From an uncultured candidate division Zixibacteria bacterium (GTDB lineage: Bacteria; Zixibacteria; MSB-5A5; UBA10806), in assembly GCA_963817915.1 (NCBI GenBank), contig CAWFQL010000011.1, positions 224,001 through 288,000 of the forward strand: a DNA stretch of 64,000 bases, written 5' to 3'. Position 1 is the stretch's first letter, and each line of letters opens with the position of its first letter. Below the pieces are notes generated by a model that saw only the letters and a list, made by a program, of their open reading frames with translations, was not told where the DNA came from and made no database searches. A program made the position numbers and the translations under genes. Below, in pieces: positions 49,386-60,713 of this stretch.

Positions 49386-51770
49386 ATGAAGATTTCTTAT
49401 AATTTATTAAAGACCCTGATCGATTTCAATTGGACTACCGACGAGCTTGCCGAACGACTTACCATGTCCGGCAGTGAAGTCGAAGGAATCGAGCAAAAAG
49501 GCCGGGATATCAAAGGCGTAATCTTCGCCAAGGTCGTATCAGTTGAGAAAATAACCGGTTCGGACAAGCTGTCATTATGTAAAGTCTTTGACGGCACAAC
49601 TAACCTTCAAGTGGTCTGTGGCGCACCAAATGTAGCATCTGGTATGATTGCTCTACTTGCCCCGGTGGGTTCGACTCTCCCAGGGATAGGAAAAATGGCA
49701 AAAGCAACTATTCATGGCCACAAATCCGACGGTATGTTGCTTTCCGAAAAGGAGTTGGGCTTCTCCGACTATGGCGATGGAATAGCTGAATTACCCGCAT
49801 CAGTCAAGCCTGGGACGCCTTTGCAAGATATTGTCAATTATAATGATACTGTATATGAATTAGAAATTACACCCAATCGGCCCGATTGCCTTTCGCATAT
49901 CGGAATTGCTCGGGAGATACAGGCGCTTGGCGGTGGGCGCATTAAAATGCCGGATTGTCGTCTGGCTGAGGCGAAAAGCGATGTTAGCCTGAGCCTGAAA
50001 ATCGCCATAGACAGCCCACAGGATTGCCCGCGATATACGGGCAGAGTTGTCCGCAATATAAAAGTAAATGAATCGCCGTTATGGCTAAAGATAATGGTCT
50101 ATTACCTCGGTATGAGGCCAATCAATAATGTTGTAGATATTAGTAACTTCGTGATGATGGAGCTCGGGCATCCGCTTCACGCCTTCGACTATGACTTGTT
50201 TAGTAAGCCAGAAGTTATTGTAAGAAAAGCGGTTGTCGGTGAAGAATTTATTACACTCGACAATGTCAAACGGAAACTCAATGCTAATCATCTGCTTATT
50301 ACAGATGGTGCAGAAGGCGTGGCAATCGCAGGCATTATGGGTGGTCTGAAGTCCGAAGTCTCCGAGAAGACCGCTAATATTTTGCTGGAATCAGCTTATT
50401 TCAATCCAATTACGATTCGACGAGGTTCCAAAGCTCTAAGTTTGGCTACGGAATCATCCCGACGATTTGAGCGCGGCGCCGATCCTAACATGGCCCCTAT
50501 CGCGAATGATCGTGCCTGCAAACTTATTCAGGATTTGGCGGGCGGCGAGATATTAAGGGGAATGGTTGACGCACATCCCAAGCCATTTGTCCCGGTCGAG
50601 ATTACACTTAGGCCGACTCAGGTTGAACATCTGCTTGGTGCGCCAATAAATATTAAAGAAATTACCACTATATTGAATGGGCTTGATGTTAAGACCAGTG
50701 TCAATGGTAATATTAAGGCGATTCAGCCCAGTTTCCGTCCCGATCTTTTAAGAGAAGTTGATCTTATTGAAGAAATAGCCCGGGTGCGAGGTTTCGAAAG
50801 TATTCCGCCGGCATTTTGTCCTGGCGGGACATTAGGTACGGCCGAATCCAAATTCCATCGCATTAGAGAAAAGGTCAGGGCCTTCATGGTCGGATATGGA
50901 GCCAATGAGATATTCCCGATTACCCTCGTGGACAGCAAAATGGTGGCGAAATTCGACCTGCTTGAAAATTCGGTCAGGCTGATAAATCCTCTTTCCGAGG
51001 AAATGGCAGTTGCCCGTCCCAATCTTATTGTCTCGATGCTGCCTATTATTAAGCGCAATTTGAATTTTAAGGAAAAGAATCTATTTTTATTTGATATCGG
51101 TGATATTTTCCATCCGGTTGAAAAAGGGAAGCTGCCTGCTCAGCATGCCAGTATGGCAATTGGAATAACTGGAATTGAGCGACCTGATTTTTGGGGTGGG
51201 CAGGCGCGTAAACGAGATATTTACTCGCTCAAGGCTGTTTTAGAGGACTTAATTGACCATTTACAGGCCGGTCAAATTAATTTACAGCCAACCCCTTATT
51301 TTGCATTTGAAAAAGGGCAGTCTTTTAAAGTATATTGTAATGGTATTGAAATCGGATATCTCGGCAAGTTATCTGCCGATGGAAATTCGATAGCGGATAT
51401 TAAGGAGGATGTATTCTTGGCGGAAGTGAATTTTGAGGATATTGTGAAGAATACTCCCGATTCAATTGTCGCGAAGGAACTTGCCAGATTCCCATCTGCG
51501 GATAGGGATATCGCTATCATAGTAGATGATAAAGTAAAAGCCGAGGATATTCGTCGTGACATAATAAAGACCGGCGGCGATATTGTCGAGACCGCGTGGA
51601 TTTTCGATCTGTATCGTGGAAAGAATATACCGTCGGGAAAAAAGAGTCTAGCATTTGGAATTAAATATCGTCTGCCTGACCGCACATTGACTGATGATGA
51701 GGTGGATCAGGCGCATAAATCGATAATAAACGCTCTGGAAGCAAAATTCGGGGCACAACTTAGAAGCTGA
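49386..51770 (+). CDS. pheT: Phenylalanine--tRNA ligase beta subunit
   Basis: VVCGAPN, ITPNRPDCLS..GIARE, RPINNVVD, G.PLHAFD, LESAYF, S.RFERG, RPDL.RE.DLIEEIAR, GKKSLA, TLTD.EV. Confidence 0.98.
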   Translation: MKISYNLLKTLIDFNWTTDELAERLTMSGSEVEGIEQKGRDIKGVIFAKVVSVEKITGSDKLSLCKVFDGTTNLQVVCGAPNVASGMIALLAPVGSTLPGIGKMAKATIHGHKSDGMLLSEKELGFSDYGDGIAELPASVKPGTPLQDIVNYNDTVYELEITPNRPDCLSHIGIAREIQALGGGRIKMPDCRLAEAKSDVSLSLKIAIDSPQDCPRYTGRVVRNIKVNESPLWLKIMVYYLGMRPINNVVDISNFVMMELGHPLHAFDYDLFSKPEVIVRKAVVGEEFITLDNVKRKLNANHLLITDGAEGVAIAGIMGGLKSEVSEKTANILLESAYFNPITIRRGSKALSLATESSRRFERGADPNMAPIANDRACKLIQDLAGGEILRGMVDAHPKPFVPVEITLRPTQVEHLLGAPINIKEITTILNGLDVKTSVNGNIKAIQPSFRPDLLREVDLIEEIARVRGFESIPPAFCPGGTLGTAESKFHRIREKVRAFMVGYGANEIFPITLVDSKMVAKFDLLENSVRLINPLSEEMAVARPNLIVSMLPIIKRNLNFKEKNLFLFDIGDIFHPVEKGKLPAQHASMAIGITGIERPDFWGGQARKRDIYSLKAVLEDLIDHLQAGQINLQPTPYFAFEKGQSFKVYCNGIEIGYLGKLSADGNSIADIKEDVFLAEVNFEDIVKNTPDSIVAKELARFPSADRDIAIIVDDKVKAEDIRRDIIKTGGDIVETAWIFDLYRGKNIPSGKKSLAFGIKYRLPDRTLTDDEVDQAHKSIINALEAKFGAQLRS

Positions 51771-51779
51771 GAGCAGACT

Positions 51780-52061
51780 ATGAATATTGAAATGTTGAAT
51801 GATTTGGAGGAAAAGATTGACCGCGCGGTGACAATTATCGCCGGTTTGAAAAATGATAAACAAAAGCTCGAAAGGGAGAACGAATCCTTGAGGCGTCAGG
51901 CCGAAGATTTTCGAAAAGAGTTTGAGGACTATAAATCATCCGAAAAACAAAAATTCGATAATCTATTGGCTACTCACCGTGAAATTGACGGTAAGGTCAT
52001 CAAAGACCGACTGGAAAAATTGGTGGGTAAACTGGCGGCCCTCGAGGAAAGTTGGAATTAA
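51780..52061 (+). CDS. zapB: Cell division protein ZapB-like coiled coil
   Basis: L..LEEKI..AV..I..LK..…LE.EN..L; lies between pheT and zapA. Confidence 0.7.
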   Translation: MNIEMLNDLEEKIDRAVTIIAGLKNDKQKLERENESLRRQAEDFRKEFEDYKSSEKQKFDNLLATHREIDGKVIKDRLEKLVGKLAALEESWN

Positions 52062-52084
52062 TTTATATATAGCGGACGCTGAAA

Positions 52085-52363
52085 ATGGAGAAAATTCGAG
52101 TAGCAGTGACCATCTTCGGTAAGGAGTATAATATTACTTCCGAAGTTGGTCCAGAATATATAGTAAAGGCAGCAAGTTATCTCGATTCCAAGATGAAGGA
52201 GGTATCGGCCACATTCCCGAACCTCTCAGAAAATCGAGTAGCAGTGCTGGCAGCATTAAATATTACCGACGAACTTTTCCGAACCCGGGAGGAACAGAAT
52301 ACTTCTCCCGAGATGGAAAAGAAGATCGGCGATTTGGCTCGAAAGCTTTCCGAAATTCAGTAA
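52085..52363 (+). CDS. zapA: Cell division protein ZapA
   Basis: V.IFG.EY.I, A.YLD.KM, AVLAALNI.DEL. Confidence 0.93.
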   Translation: MEKIRVAVTIFGKEYNITSEVGPEYIVKAASYLDSKMKEVSATFPNLSENRVAVLAALNITDELFRTREEQNTSPEMEKKIGDLARKLSEIQ

Positions 52364-52398
52364 TTTATATATAAGCGTCCGCCCCAAATGGAGGAACA

Positions 52399-53964
52399 AT
52401 GGGACAGCCGACGTTAATCATCCTGGTATCGGCAGGTGTGGCAGTATTAGCATTTGTGATCGGCTTGCTTATTTCCCGGAAATCGGGAGAAGGCAGGATT
52501 TCAAAAGCTGAAGCTCTCGCATCCAAAATAGTTGCCGAGGCCGAAAGATCCGCGGAAATCAAAAAGAAAGAAGCGGTTTTAGAGGCAAAGGACGAATGGT
52601 TCAAGACCAAACAGAGATTCGACAAAGAGACTCAGGCAAGAAAAGGCGAAATCGCCAAGCTCGAACAGGCCTTACAAGTCAAAGAGAGTAATCTCAACCG
52701 CAAAGTAGATATACTCAATAAAAAAGAAACCGAAATCGGTCAGCGTGATAAGGCCCTGACTGTCAAAGAAAAGGTGGCAGAAACCAAGGAGAAAGACCTT
52801 GAACGCCTGATTGCCGAGCAAAATACTCAACTCGAAAAAATGGCAGGCATGACCTCGGAAGAGGCCAAGAAGCTTCTGCTTTCCAATTTGGAGGCCGAGG
52901 CCAGAAGAGATGCCGCCTCGATGATAAAGGAAATTAAGGAAGAGGCCGAACGGAACGCCGACAAAGAGGCCAAAAATATTATCATACAAGCGATTCAACG
53001 TTGCGCCGCGGACTATGCCGCAGAATCGAGTGTATCAGTAGTCAATTTGCCATCGGATGAGATGAAAGGCCGCATTATCGGCCGTGAGGGCAGAAATATC
53101 CGCTGCTTTGAAACTGCGACCGGTATCGATGTCATTGTGGACGATACTCCCGAGGCGGTTATTCTTTCGGGCTATGATCCTGTCAGAAGAGAAGTCGCTC
53201 GCATGGCATTGGAGAAGCTTATCATAGATGGCCGAATTCATCCTTCGAGAATCGAAGAGGTAGTCGGTAAGGCCGAAAAGGAAATGGAAGTCATTATCAG
53301 AGAGACAGGCGAGCAGGCATGTTTCGACGTTGGAGTTCATGGTGTCCATCCGGAAATAGTGAAGCTGCTCGGTAAGCTGAATTTCAGGACGTCATATGGT
53401 CAGAATGTCCTTCAGCATTCCAAAGAAGTCTCGATTATCTGCGGAATTATGGCTGCTGAATTGAATCTCGATGGCACTTTAGCCAAACGATCCGGCCTAC
53501 TGCATGATATCGGCAAGGCTATCGATCGTGAGACCGAAGGTACCCATACTCAAATCGGTTTTGAATTCGCTACCAAGTTTAATGAGAATAAGACAGTCCT
53601 TAACGCCATGGCCAGCCACCACGAAGATGTGGCAATGGAAACACCATACGCGGTATTGGTGCAAGCGGCCGATGCAATTTCAGGCGCGCGACCGGGTGCT
53701 AGACGTGAAACGTTAGAGGGCTATATCAAACGTCTAGAAAAATTGGAAGAGATGGCCGACGGTTTCAAAGGCGTAGCCAAGGCCTATGCTATTCAGGCGG
53801 GACGTGAAGTAAGAGTGATTGTTGAAGCCGATCAGATGGACGATGTGGCGACAAATAATCTTGCGGCAGAGATTGCCAGGAAGATCGAATCCGAAATGGA
53901 ATATCCGGGGCAGATAAAAGTTACGGTGATAAGGGAAGTGAGAGCGGTGGATTATGCCAAGTAA
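52399..53964 (+). CDS. rny: Ribonuclease Y
   Basis: N-terminal TM and coiled coil; KH domain [16 protein letters not shown] domain [30 protein letters not shown]. Confidence 0.98.
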   Translation: MGQPTLIILVSAGVAVLAFVIGLLISRKSGEGRISKAEALASKIVAEAERSAEIKKKEAVLEAKDEWFKTKQRFDKETQARKGEIAKLEQALQVKESNLNRKVDILNKKETEIGQRDKALTVKEKVAETKEKDLERLIAEQNTQLEKMAGMTSEEAKKLLLSNLEAEARRDAASMIKEIKEEAERNADKEAKNIIIQAIQRCAADYAAESSVSVVNLPSDEMKGRIIGREGRNIRCFETATGIDVIVDDTPEAVILSGYDPVRREVARMALEKLIIDGRIHPSRIEEVVGKAEKEMEVIIRETGEQACFDVGVHGVHPEIVKLLGKLNFRTSYGQNVLQHSKEVSIICGIMAAELNLDGTLAKRSGLLHDIGKAIDRETEGTHTQIGFEFATKFNENKTVLNAMASHHEDVAMETPYAVLVQAADAISGARPGARRETLEGYIKRLEKLEEMADGFKGVAKAYAIQAGREVRVIVEADQMDDVATNNLAAEIARKIESEMEYPGQIKVTVIREVRAVDYAK

Positions 53965-54400
53965 GAGGGTACAGGAATTTTATAATTCCAATAGCTTCGC
54001 CATATTGGGGCTTTCGAGAAAGAAAGAATCTTTTTCATTCGCGGCTTACAAAGAGCTAGTGGGTCTGCAAAAGAAAATATACGCGATTAATCCTAATGGC
54101 GGTGAATTTCAGGGGCTTCATCTGTACAAATCATTGAATGAACTCCCCGAAAAACCCGAAGCTCTTATAGTCACGTCTAGCATCAAGAAAAATAATGCCC
54201 TATTGGACGAGATTAAAGCGTCAGGGATTAAGAAGATCTGGTTTCAGCAGGGAGTTTGCGATAAGGCAATTATCGATAATGCCAAGGGAAAAGGAATTGA
54301 TCCGATTAATGGCTGTGTATTGATGCATCTGCCTAACGGTCATAAAATGCATGGCTTTCACCGATTCTTTAATGAGTTGTTTACCAAAGGTTATCAATGA
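53954..54400 (+). CDS. CoA-binding (CoA_binding_2) family protein
   Basis: A..G.S…INP….G...Y.SL.ELP, G.KKIW.Q.G, GC.LM. Confidence 0.85.
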   Translation: MPSKRVQEFYNSNSFAILGLSRKKESFSFAAYKELVGLQKKIYAINPNGGEFQGLHLYKSLNELPEKPEALIVTSSIKKNNALLDEIKASGIKKIWFQQGVCDKAIIDNAKGKGIDPINGCVLMHLPNGHKMHGFHRFFNELFTKGYQ

Positions 54401-55218
54401 AAATATTTTTCATTGGCGATATAATCGGGAAACCGGGGATTACATGCGTGGCGGGGTACCTCGCCGAATGCCGCCGGAAGAATATCAAGTACGATTTCGT
54501 AATCGCTAATGTTGAAAATGCCGCGACCGGATTCGGACTTACCAAGGATATTTCTAAAAAGCTAATCGAATCCGGAGTCGAATGCCAGACATCGGGTAAC
54601 CATATCTGGGATCGAAAAGAGATATATCCCTATTTCGATGAGGAGCCGCGGCTGATCCGTCCAGCAAATTACCCGTCTGGTGCGCCAGGATTGGGATACA
54701 ATATTTATACCGCATCCAATGGCGAAAAGGTCGCTGTGATCAATCTCCAGGGTCGAATATTCATGTATGATATCGATTGCCCGTTTAAGACGGCCGATAA
54801 AATCATCCTGGAAATTTCGAGAGAGACAAAAACTATCATTGTGGATTTTCACGCTGAAGCTACCTCGGAAAAGCAGGCCCTTGGTTGGTATCTCGATGGC
54901 AGAGTATCGGCGGTTCTCGGGACTCATACTCATGTCCAGACTGCGGATGAGAAGATATTGCCATCGGGAACGGCGTTTATCAGCGATGTCGGTATGACGG
55001 GGCCGTATGAATCGGTTATAGGTGTTCACGTAAGCGACGCTCTCTATAGAATAATACAGGGACTGCCAAATAGATTTACAACCGCCGAGAACGATATTCG
55101 TTTGGCGGCTGTAACGATTGATATCGATCCCGGAACCGGCAAGGCTAAATCGATCAATAGACATTTGATTAAATATATCGAAGATGATGATCCCGCTGAA
55201 AAGCAGAGGAGATTTTAA
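54397..55218 (+). CDS. ymdB: YmdB/TIGR00282 metallophosphoesterase
   Basis: GDIIG.PG, N.ENA..G.G, T.GNH.WD, RPANYP, VDFHAEATSEK, GTHTHVQTAD, DVGMTGP. Confidence 0.93.
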   Translation: MKIFFIGDIIGKPGITCVAGYLAECRRKNIKYDFVIANVENAATGFGLTKDISKKLIESGVECQTSGNHIWDRKEIYPYFDEEPRLIRPANYPSGAPGLGYNIYTASNGEKVAVINLQGRIFMYDIDCPFKTADKIILEISRETKTIIVDFHAEATSEKQALGWYLDGRVSAVLGTHTHVQTADEKILPSGTAFISDVGMTGPYESVIGVHVSDALYRIIQGLPNRFTTAENDIRLAAVTIDIDPGTGKAKSINRHLIKYIEDDDPAEKQRRF

Positions 55219-56106
55219 TGGCCGCCGAGATAATCGATGGCAAAAAAATCGCCGAGGAAATAAAGGCTGAACTCAAAACCGAGATAGAATTTCTAAAATC
55301 AAAAGGCATCACTCCGGGACTGGCTGCGGTATTAGTAGGCGATGACCCGGCATCGGCGTTGTATGTAAAAATGAAATCCCAGACCTGTCAGAGTGTCGGG
55401 ATTTTTTCAGAGATCATCAAGAAAGATAAATCAACAACAATCGATGAGTTAATAGATCTCATCAATGCCTTGAATGATCGCAAGGATATCGATGGTATTC
55501 TCGTTCAAGCGCCATTACCATCCCAAATCGATGAAAAAGTTAGTGACTTTCGCCATTGATCCCAATAAAGATGTCGATGGTTTTCATCCTCAAAATCAGG
55601 GCTTACTCCTGGCGGGTCGACCGTTATTCGAGCCCGCTACACCAATGGGAATAGTGGAATTACTGGTTCGTTCCGGCCACAGCCCATATAAAAAGAATGT
55701 CGTCATATTAGGCCGTGGTTTTCTGGTTGGCAAGCCATTGGCGGCTATGCTTTCGATGAAAACAGAAAAGACCAATGCCACGGTGACATTATGTCATACG
55801 GGAACAACTGATATCAAATCCTATACGCTAAGAGCTGACATTATTATTGCCGCGATGGGAAAAGCGCGGTTCTTGACTGCCGACATGGTCAAACCGGGAG
55901 CGGTTGTTATTGATGTTGGTACCAATCAGATCGATGATCCTACGCATCCCAAGGGCAAACGACTTGTTGGCGATGTCGATTTCGATGCGGTTAAAGAGGT
56001 TGCGGGGGCAATTACACCTGTACCGGGCGGTGTCGGGCCCATGACAATTGCGGCATTATTAAAAAACACTGTGAAGGCCTGCAAAATCCGAAAATTAAAA
56101 TCGTAA
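55218..56106 (+). CDS. folD: Bifunctional methylenetetrahydrofolate dehydrogenase/cyclohydrolase; +1 indel in the A-run near 55534-55538
   Basis: IIDGK, PGLA.VLVG.DPAS..YV..K, GILVQ.PLP, IDP.KDVDGFHP, P.TP.G, VGKP, GDVDF, ITPVPGGVGPMTIA.L. Confidence 0.96.
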
Positions 56107-56110
56107 ATTT

Positions 56111-57334
56111 ATGCCTGACAAAATTTATACAATTAGCCAGATAACCAAGGAAATCAAAGAGCTACTTGAGGGGGCTTTTGTCAAGGTTTGGATCGAAGGC
56201 GAGATTTCCAATTATCTGCATCATTCATCAGGCCATCGCTATTTCACTTTGAAGGATCAAGGTGCGCAGATCAAATGTGTCATGTGGAAATGGCTCGGGA
56301 GCCATCTATTTTTCGAGCCCCAGGACGGAATGAAGGTCAAAGCCTCCGGGCAGGTAACTGTTTATGAAAAATCCGGCCAATATCAATTCGTAGTGACATC
56401 GCTTCAACCCGCCGGTATTGGCGAATTGGAGTTGGCATTCCAGCAACTAAAGAAAAAGCTTGCCGAAGAAGGGTTGTTCAGCCCTGAACATAAGATCCCG
56501 ATCCCGCAATTTCCGAATCGAATCGGCGTTGTAACATCACCGACAGGCGCGGCTATAAGAGATATATTGAATATCACCAGACGTCGCGCTCCCTGGGTAG
56601 AAATAATTATCTGGCCAGTGGCGGTGCAGGGAGAGGGAGCGTCGGCTCAGATTGCCCATGCCATAAATGGGTTCAATAGATATAAGAATGTCGATGTCCT
56701 CATAGTTGGGCGCGGCGGCGGATCGCTTGAGGATTTATGGGCATTCAATGAAGAGATAGTCGCCCGCGCGATTTATGAGTCCGAGTTGCCGGTGATATCG
56801 GCAGTGGGGCACGAAATAGATTTCTCGATAGCGGATTTCGTGGCGGATTTGCGCGCTCCGACACCATCGGCGGCGGCGGAGATTGCGGTTCCCGATACGG
56901 CGGCATTGCTTTCTCAAATTCGGGAATACAATGACGGCATGGTTGCGGCTATGGCGAGCATGATCAATCTGCAAAACGAAAGACTGCATAATATTGTCTC
57001 GCGATATGGCCTGAAACGTCCGCTCGAGATAATCACCGCCAGAGCCCAAAGGCGCGATGAATTAAGTCATCTTTTGAATATTCACATGGGCCATCGCATG
57101 GAACGTTTGAAAACCAGATCACAATCTATTTTCGAGAAGCTGGAGATTGTATCGCCGAAAGCTGTTATGGGACGGGGATATTCTTATTGCCGCGATGAAA
57201 AGGGAGCGGCGGTCAAAAGCTTCAGGCAGGTTGCGATTGACGATAAGGTAGAGGTTGTATTATATGATGGAGGCTTTCAATCGAGGGTGACCAAGATTGA
57301 GCCGGATATATTGAAAAGCAGGAAAGGTGGGTGA
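56111..57334 (+). CDS. xseA: Exodeoxyribonuclease VII large subunit
   Basis: GEISN…SGH.YF.LKD, IGVVTSPTGAAIRDI, VQG, RGGGS.EDLWAFNEE, SAVGHE.D, ADLRAPTPSAAAE. Confidence 0.97.
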   Translation: MPDKIYTISQITKEIKELLEGAFVKVWIEGEISNYLHHSSGHRYFTLKDQGAQIKCVMWKWLGSHLFFEPQDGMKVKASGQVTVYEKSGQYQFVVTSLQPAGIGELELAFQQLKKKLAEEGLFSPEHKIPIPQFPNRIGVVTSPTGAAIRDILNITRRRAPWVEIIIWPVAVQGEGASAQIAHAINGFNRYKNVDVLIVGRGGGSLEDLWAFNEEIVARAIYESELPVISAVGHEIDFSIADFVADLRAPTPSAAAEIAVPDTAALLSQIREYNDGMVAAMASMINLQNERLHNIVSRYGLKRPLEIITARAQRRDELSHLLNIHMGHRMERLKTRSQSIFEKLEIVSPKAVMGRGYSYCRDEKGAAVKSFRQVAIDDKVEVVLYDGGFQSRVTKIEPDILKSRKGG

Positions 57335-57680
57335 AACCATGATCAACCGTATCGAAGGCAAATTGTATTATTCGATCTCGGAAGTGGCCGATATGGCGGG
57401 AGTCGAGCCGTATGTGCTTCGGTTCTGGGAAAAGGAATTCCCTCACCTCAGACCCAAGAAAAACCGCGCCGGAAACCGTACCTATCAGCCGAAGGATATA
57501 GAGCGGATTATGAAAATCAAGAAACTGCTCTACGAGGAAGGGTATACTATCGATGGCGCCCGCAATTTCCTCAGACGCGACGGCGGACAGGTCGAAATCA
57601 ACATGAAAGATGTTCAGACAAAACATCAACTTAGAGAAATCAGGCTGGAATTGGAGAAGATCCTCAGACTTTTCCCTTGA
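57327..57680 (+). CDS. MerR-family transcriptional regulator (start may be ATG 57340)
   Basis: KLYYSI.EVA…V.PYVLRFWEKEF..L.P.K...G.R.Y…IK.LLY..GYTI.GA. Confidence 0.92.
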   Translation: MGETMINRIEGKLYYSISEVADMAGVEPYVLRFWEKEFPHLRPKKNRAGNRTYQPKDIERIMKIKKLLYEEGYTIDGARNFLRRDGGQVEINMKDVQTKHQLREIRLELEKILRLFP

Positions 57681-57767
57681 TTTGACAGCATCTTTGATTA
57701 TTTTGGAATTAATTCGGTCGGTTTTTGAAAATGGCCAAATTAGCCGACTGTAAAAGTAATTTTTTCT

Positions 57768-57796
57768 GTAAGGGCGGGTTTCAAACCCGCTCCTAC
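57768..57796. repeat. REP-like imperfect palindrome (GTAG/CTAC-ended)
   Basis: GTAAGGGCGGGTTT-C-AAACCCGCTCCTAC. Confidence 0.6.
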
Positions 57797-57852
57797 GAAA
57801 CCCTATGTCGGGTTCAACAACTATAGTAGAACCGGCATATTTAGGATCAAAT

Positions 57853-57930
57853 CGGGGCGTAGCGCAGCCTGGTTAGCGCACTTGCTTGGGGTGCAAGTGG
57901 TCGGCCGTTCAAATCGGCTCGCCCCGACCA
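57853..57930 (+). tRNA. tRNA-Pro(GGG)
   Basis: CGGGGCG/CGCCCCG acceptor stem plus ACCA; D-arm AGCGCAGCCTGGTTAGCGC; anticodon arm CTTGC-TT GGG GT-GCAAG; T-loop GTTCAAATC. Confidence 0.97.
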
Positions 57931-57969
57931 TTAAATTGATAATTAAAGCGCAAACCTGATATAAGTCTC

Positions 57970-57996
57970 GTAGAGACATGCCATGCATGTCTCTAC
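57970..57996. repeat. REP-like perfect inverted repeat (GTAG-ended)
   Basis: GTAGAGACATGC-CAT-GCATGTCTCTAC, 12-bp arms. Confidence 0.65.
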
Positions 57997-58116
57997 CGTA
58001 AATATCACGAAATTTCATTTCATCAACGCAAAAATGCGCCGATAAATTAGCTGTAGGCCTGGTCTTATTTGATGCGCGTTAGGGCTCGCCCTGACCGCAA
58101 ACAAGGGCGGGATGCG

Positions 58117-58134
58117 GTCACGGCATGCCGTGAC
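58117..58134. repeat. Perfect 18-bp palindrome
   Basis: GTCACGGCATGCCGTGAC. Confidence 0.6.
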
Positions 58135-58194
58135 TCGCAGGAAAAATATATATTTGATAAACATAAATTCTAAATATTTCTCTGGAGGGACTAA

Positions 58195-59308
58195 ATGGCT
58201 GTAATGATGGAAGTTTTGGAATGGGTTGACATGGCGGGTTCCGACATGATTCACCGTATACCGGAATCAGGTTCTCTCGATATCAAGGCCGGCGCGCAGT
58301 TGATTGTCAGGGATTCGCAGTCGGCAGTATTTTTCAAGTCCGGGAAGGGGTCATGATGTCCTTGGCCCGGGACGACATACATTGACATCATTGAATGTCC
58401 CGATCTTGACCCGAACGTTATCATTGCCTTGGGGTTTCAAATCACCTATCAGATGCGAAGTTTACTTCATCAATCATAAGGTATTCACCAATCTAAAATG
58501 GGGAACGCGCGATCCTGTAGCATTCCGCGATAAGGAATTGGGCCTTGTTCGTCTGCGCGGTTATGGTGTTTATACCTGCAGAATCGTTGAGCCGCTGCTT
58601 TTCATCAATAGCCTTGTGGGCCGCCAATCGGCCTATTCGACCGATGATATATCCAATTATCTGCGCGATGTAATCGTGGCGCGGGTCAATGATCTATTCG
58701 GCGAAAAGCTCGAAACAATTTTCGATCTGCCAAAGCAATATGACTCATTGGCGTTGGAAATTAAGAATAAAATTTCGAATGAATTTTCGAAGTACGGTCT
58801 CGAGCTTTTGGATTTCTATATCACCTCGATTACGCCGCCAGATGAAGTCCAGAAAATGATCGATGAAAAGTCATCGATGAAAGCTGTGGGCGATTTGGAT
58901 AATTTTCTTAAATATTCGCTGGCCAAGGCGATGTCATCAGGCGGAAGTGCGGCGCAATCTGGCGCAGGCCTCGGAATGGGCGCGGGCATCGGCCTGATGG
59001 TACCGGCCATGCTAACCAACGCCTTTTCTCCGAATGATCTCGATCTCAAAAAAGAATCGTTGCCGACAATCACCTGCCCCAAATGCGGTATTGATACGCC
59101 GCAGAATTCTCGTTTCTGCTATAAATGCGGCAACCAGATGGTGGCGACCAATCGTTGCCCCGAATGCAGCGCGGATTTATCATCCGACGCCAAATTCTGC
59201 CATATTTGCGGCAAAAAGCTCGATGAAAAGGTAACTTGTGCCAAATGCGGGACTAAATTGCCGTCGGGGTCGAAATACTGCACAAATTGCGGGGAAAAGA
59301 CAGAGTAA
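58195..59308 (+). CDS. SPFH (band 7, YdjI-like) protein with a C-terminal multi-zinc-ribbon tail; +1 indel near 58341-58350
   Basis: GGAGG SD then MAVMMEVLEW…I..GAQLIVRDSQ.AVFF..G, continuing after the shift as D..GPGRHTL…EVYF.N…KWGT..P..FRD; six CxxC motifs at the C-terminus. Confidence 0.85.
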
Positions 59309-59319
59309 GTCAACTTAGG

Positions 59320-60713
59320 ATGGCAAGTTATCAAACCAAGTTCAATTGCCCCGGATGCGGCTCAGCGACTCCAAACCGCTGAGGGCGCCATAAGCACGCG
59401 CTGTTCATTTTGCGGCCTAATCATGCGTCTGGGATCGCCTGGCCGAATCTTAAAGTATTATTACGATTGTAAGCTTGATGATTTCGGGGCAAAATTCGCT
59501 GTCGAGAAATATCTGAAATCAAACGGACTTTCGTTGATCATTCAGCGAAGTGGGCAGGCAATTGTATTATCTACCATTTTATAGATTCTGGGGAATGTCA
59601 TACTCGCTCTTTACCAAATCCACAACGATTGAAATTGAATCCGAGACCGATCTGCCATTGCCGCCCAAACGAGAAATCGAGCAGAAATGCAGAGCCTTCG
59701 ATCTGACTGTGCCTGCATTCGATGAAAAATCATTCGGGCTTGAAAGCCTCGGTGTCAGGCCCGAAGTGGTGCCGCTGATAGCATTTCAGAAGGGGAATAT
59801 GCCACAAAATTCGAGACTGCTCGATATTACGATCAATCCCGAATCCGCCAAAAGAACATCGATGGGTTTTTTCTATTACAATCAGGGTAATACCGATGGC
59901 CGCGAGGAGCATGTGACATCGGAGATGATCGGCGAAGGATTGTCGGTAATTTACTATCCGGTCTGGGCATATTCTATAGCCAGAGATAGCATGGAAAGTA
60001 CCCTTTTTATCGATGGACTGGCGAAACGGGTTATAAATGAGATTGCCGAAGCATTCGAAAATTCCCCCAAGGGCAAGGATGAAAGCACTGCGACCGAATT
60101 GAATCCGGTACAGCATAAATGCCCCAATTGCGGATTCGATTTGCCGATCTCGGATTCGTCGCTGTTTTATCATTGTAGTAATTGCGACCATTCATATTTA
60201 ATAAAAGACGATGGCTATCAAAGCGCGGAAACATTATCATCAGTAAATGAGCAGGGAAGCAGTTATTATCCATTCTGGAGATTCCCATTTTCTACAGGGG
60301 CGAAAATCAAGACTGTGGCCGAGTTTTCCAAAATTTTGCCCGGCGAGATTCCGCTGATAGCGAAAAATAAGGCGCAAAATATATTCTATTTATATTCCCC
60401 TGCATTCAAAATCGCCGATCTCAGGTCGTTGACCGCGCGAGGAATCCGGCTTTGCAATATGCAGCCGATTTTAGAAATAGAAAAAGCGCCAGTAGTTCCG
60501 GCCGCCGAAATGGTTCTGCCAGAAAGCGAAGGCAAGGAATTGGTCAGATTTTACTGGAATTCCATGCGAATCAAATATAAATTCCTCGATAATGATATCT
60601 ATAATTTCGATAAAAGCCTTGTCGGGGCCGGAGAGCTTATCTGGCTCACGATGGATTCCATAACCAGCAACGTGACCCCATTAAATAGAGCGCAAACCGG
60701 TTTACATGCCTGA
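59320..60713 (+). CDS. Zinc-ribbon-containing protein (YdjG-like partner of the SPFH gene); two indels near 59368 and 59540
   Basis: Reconstructed N-terminus MASYQTKFNCPGCGS.L…RCSFCG; YLPFYRF and YYPVW motifs; second ribbon CPNCG…CSNC. Confidence 0.6.

Noticed and set aside
57768..58134. CRISPR array or tRNA-integrated prophage/island
   Set aside because: The palindromes differ from each other and are not regularly spaced; no cas gene, integrase or duplicated tRNA 3' end was seen
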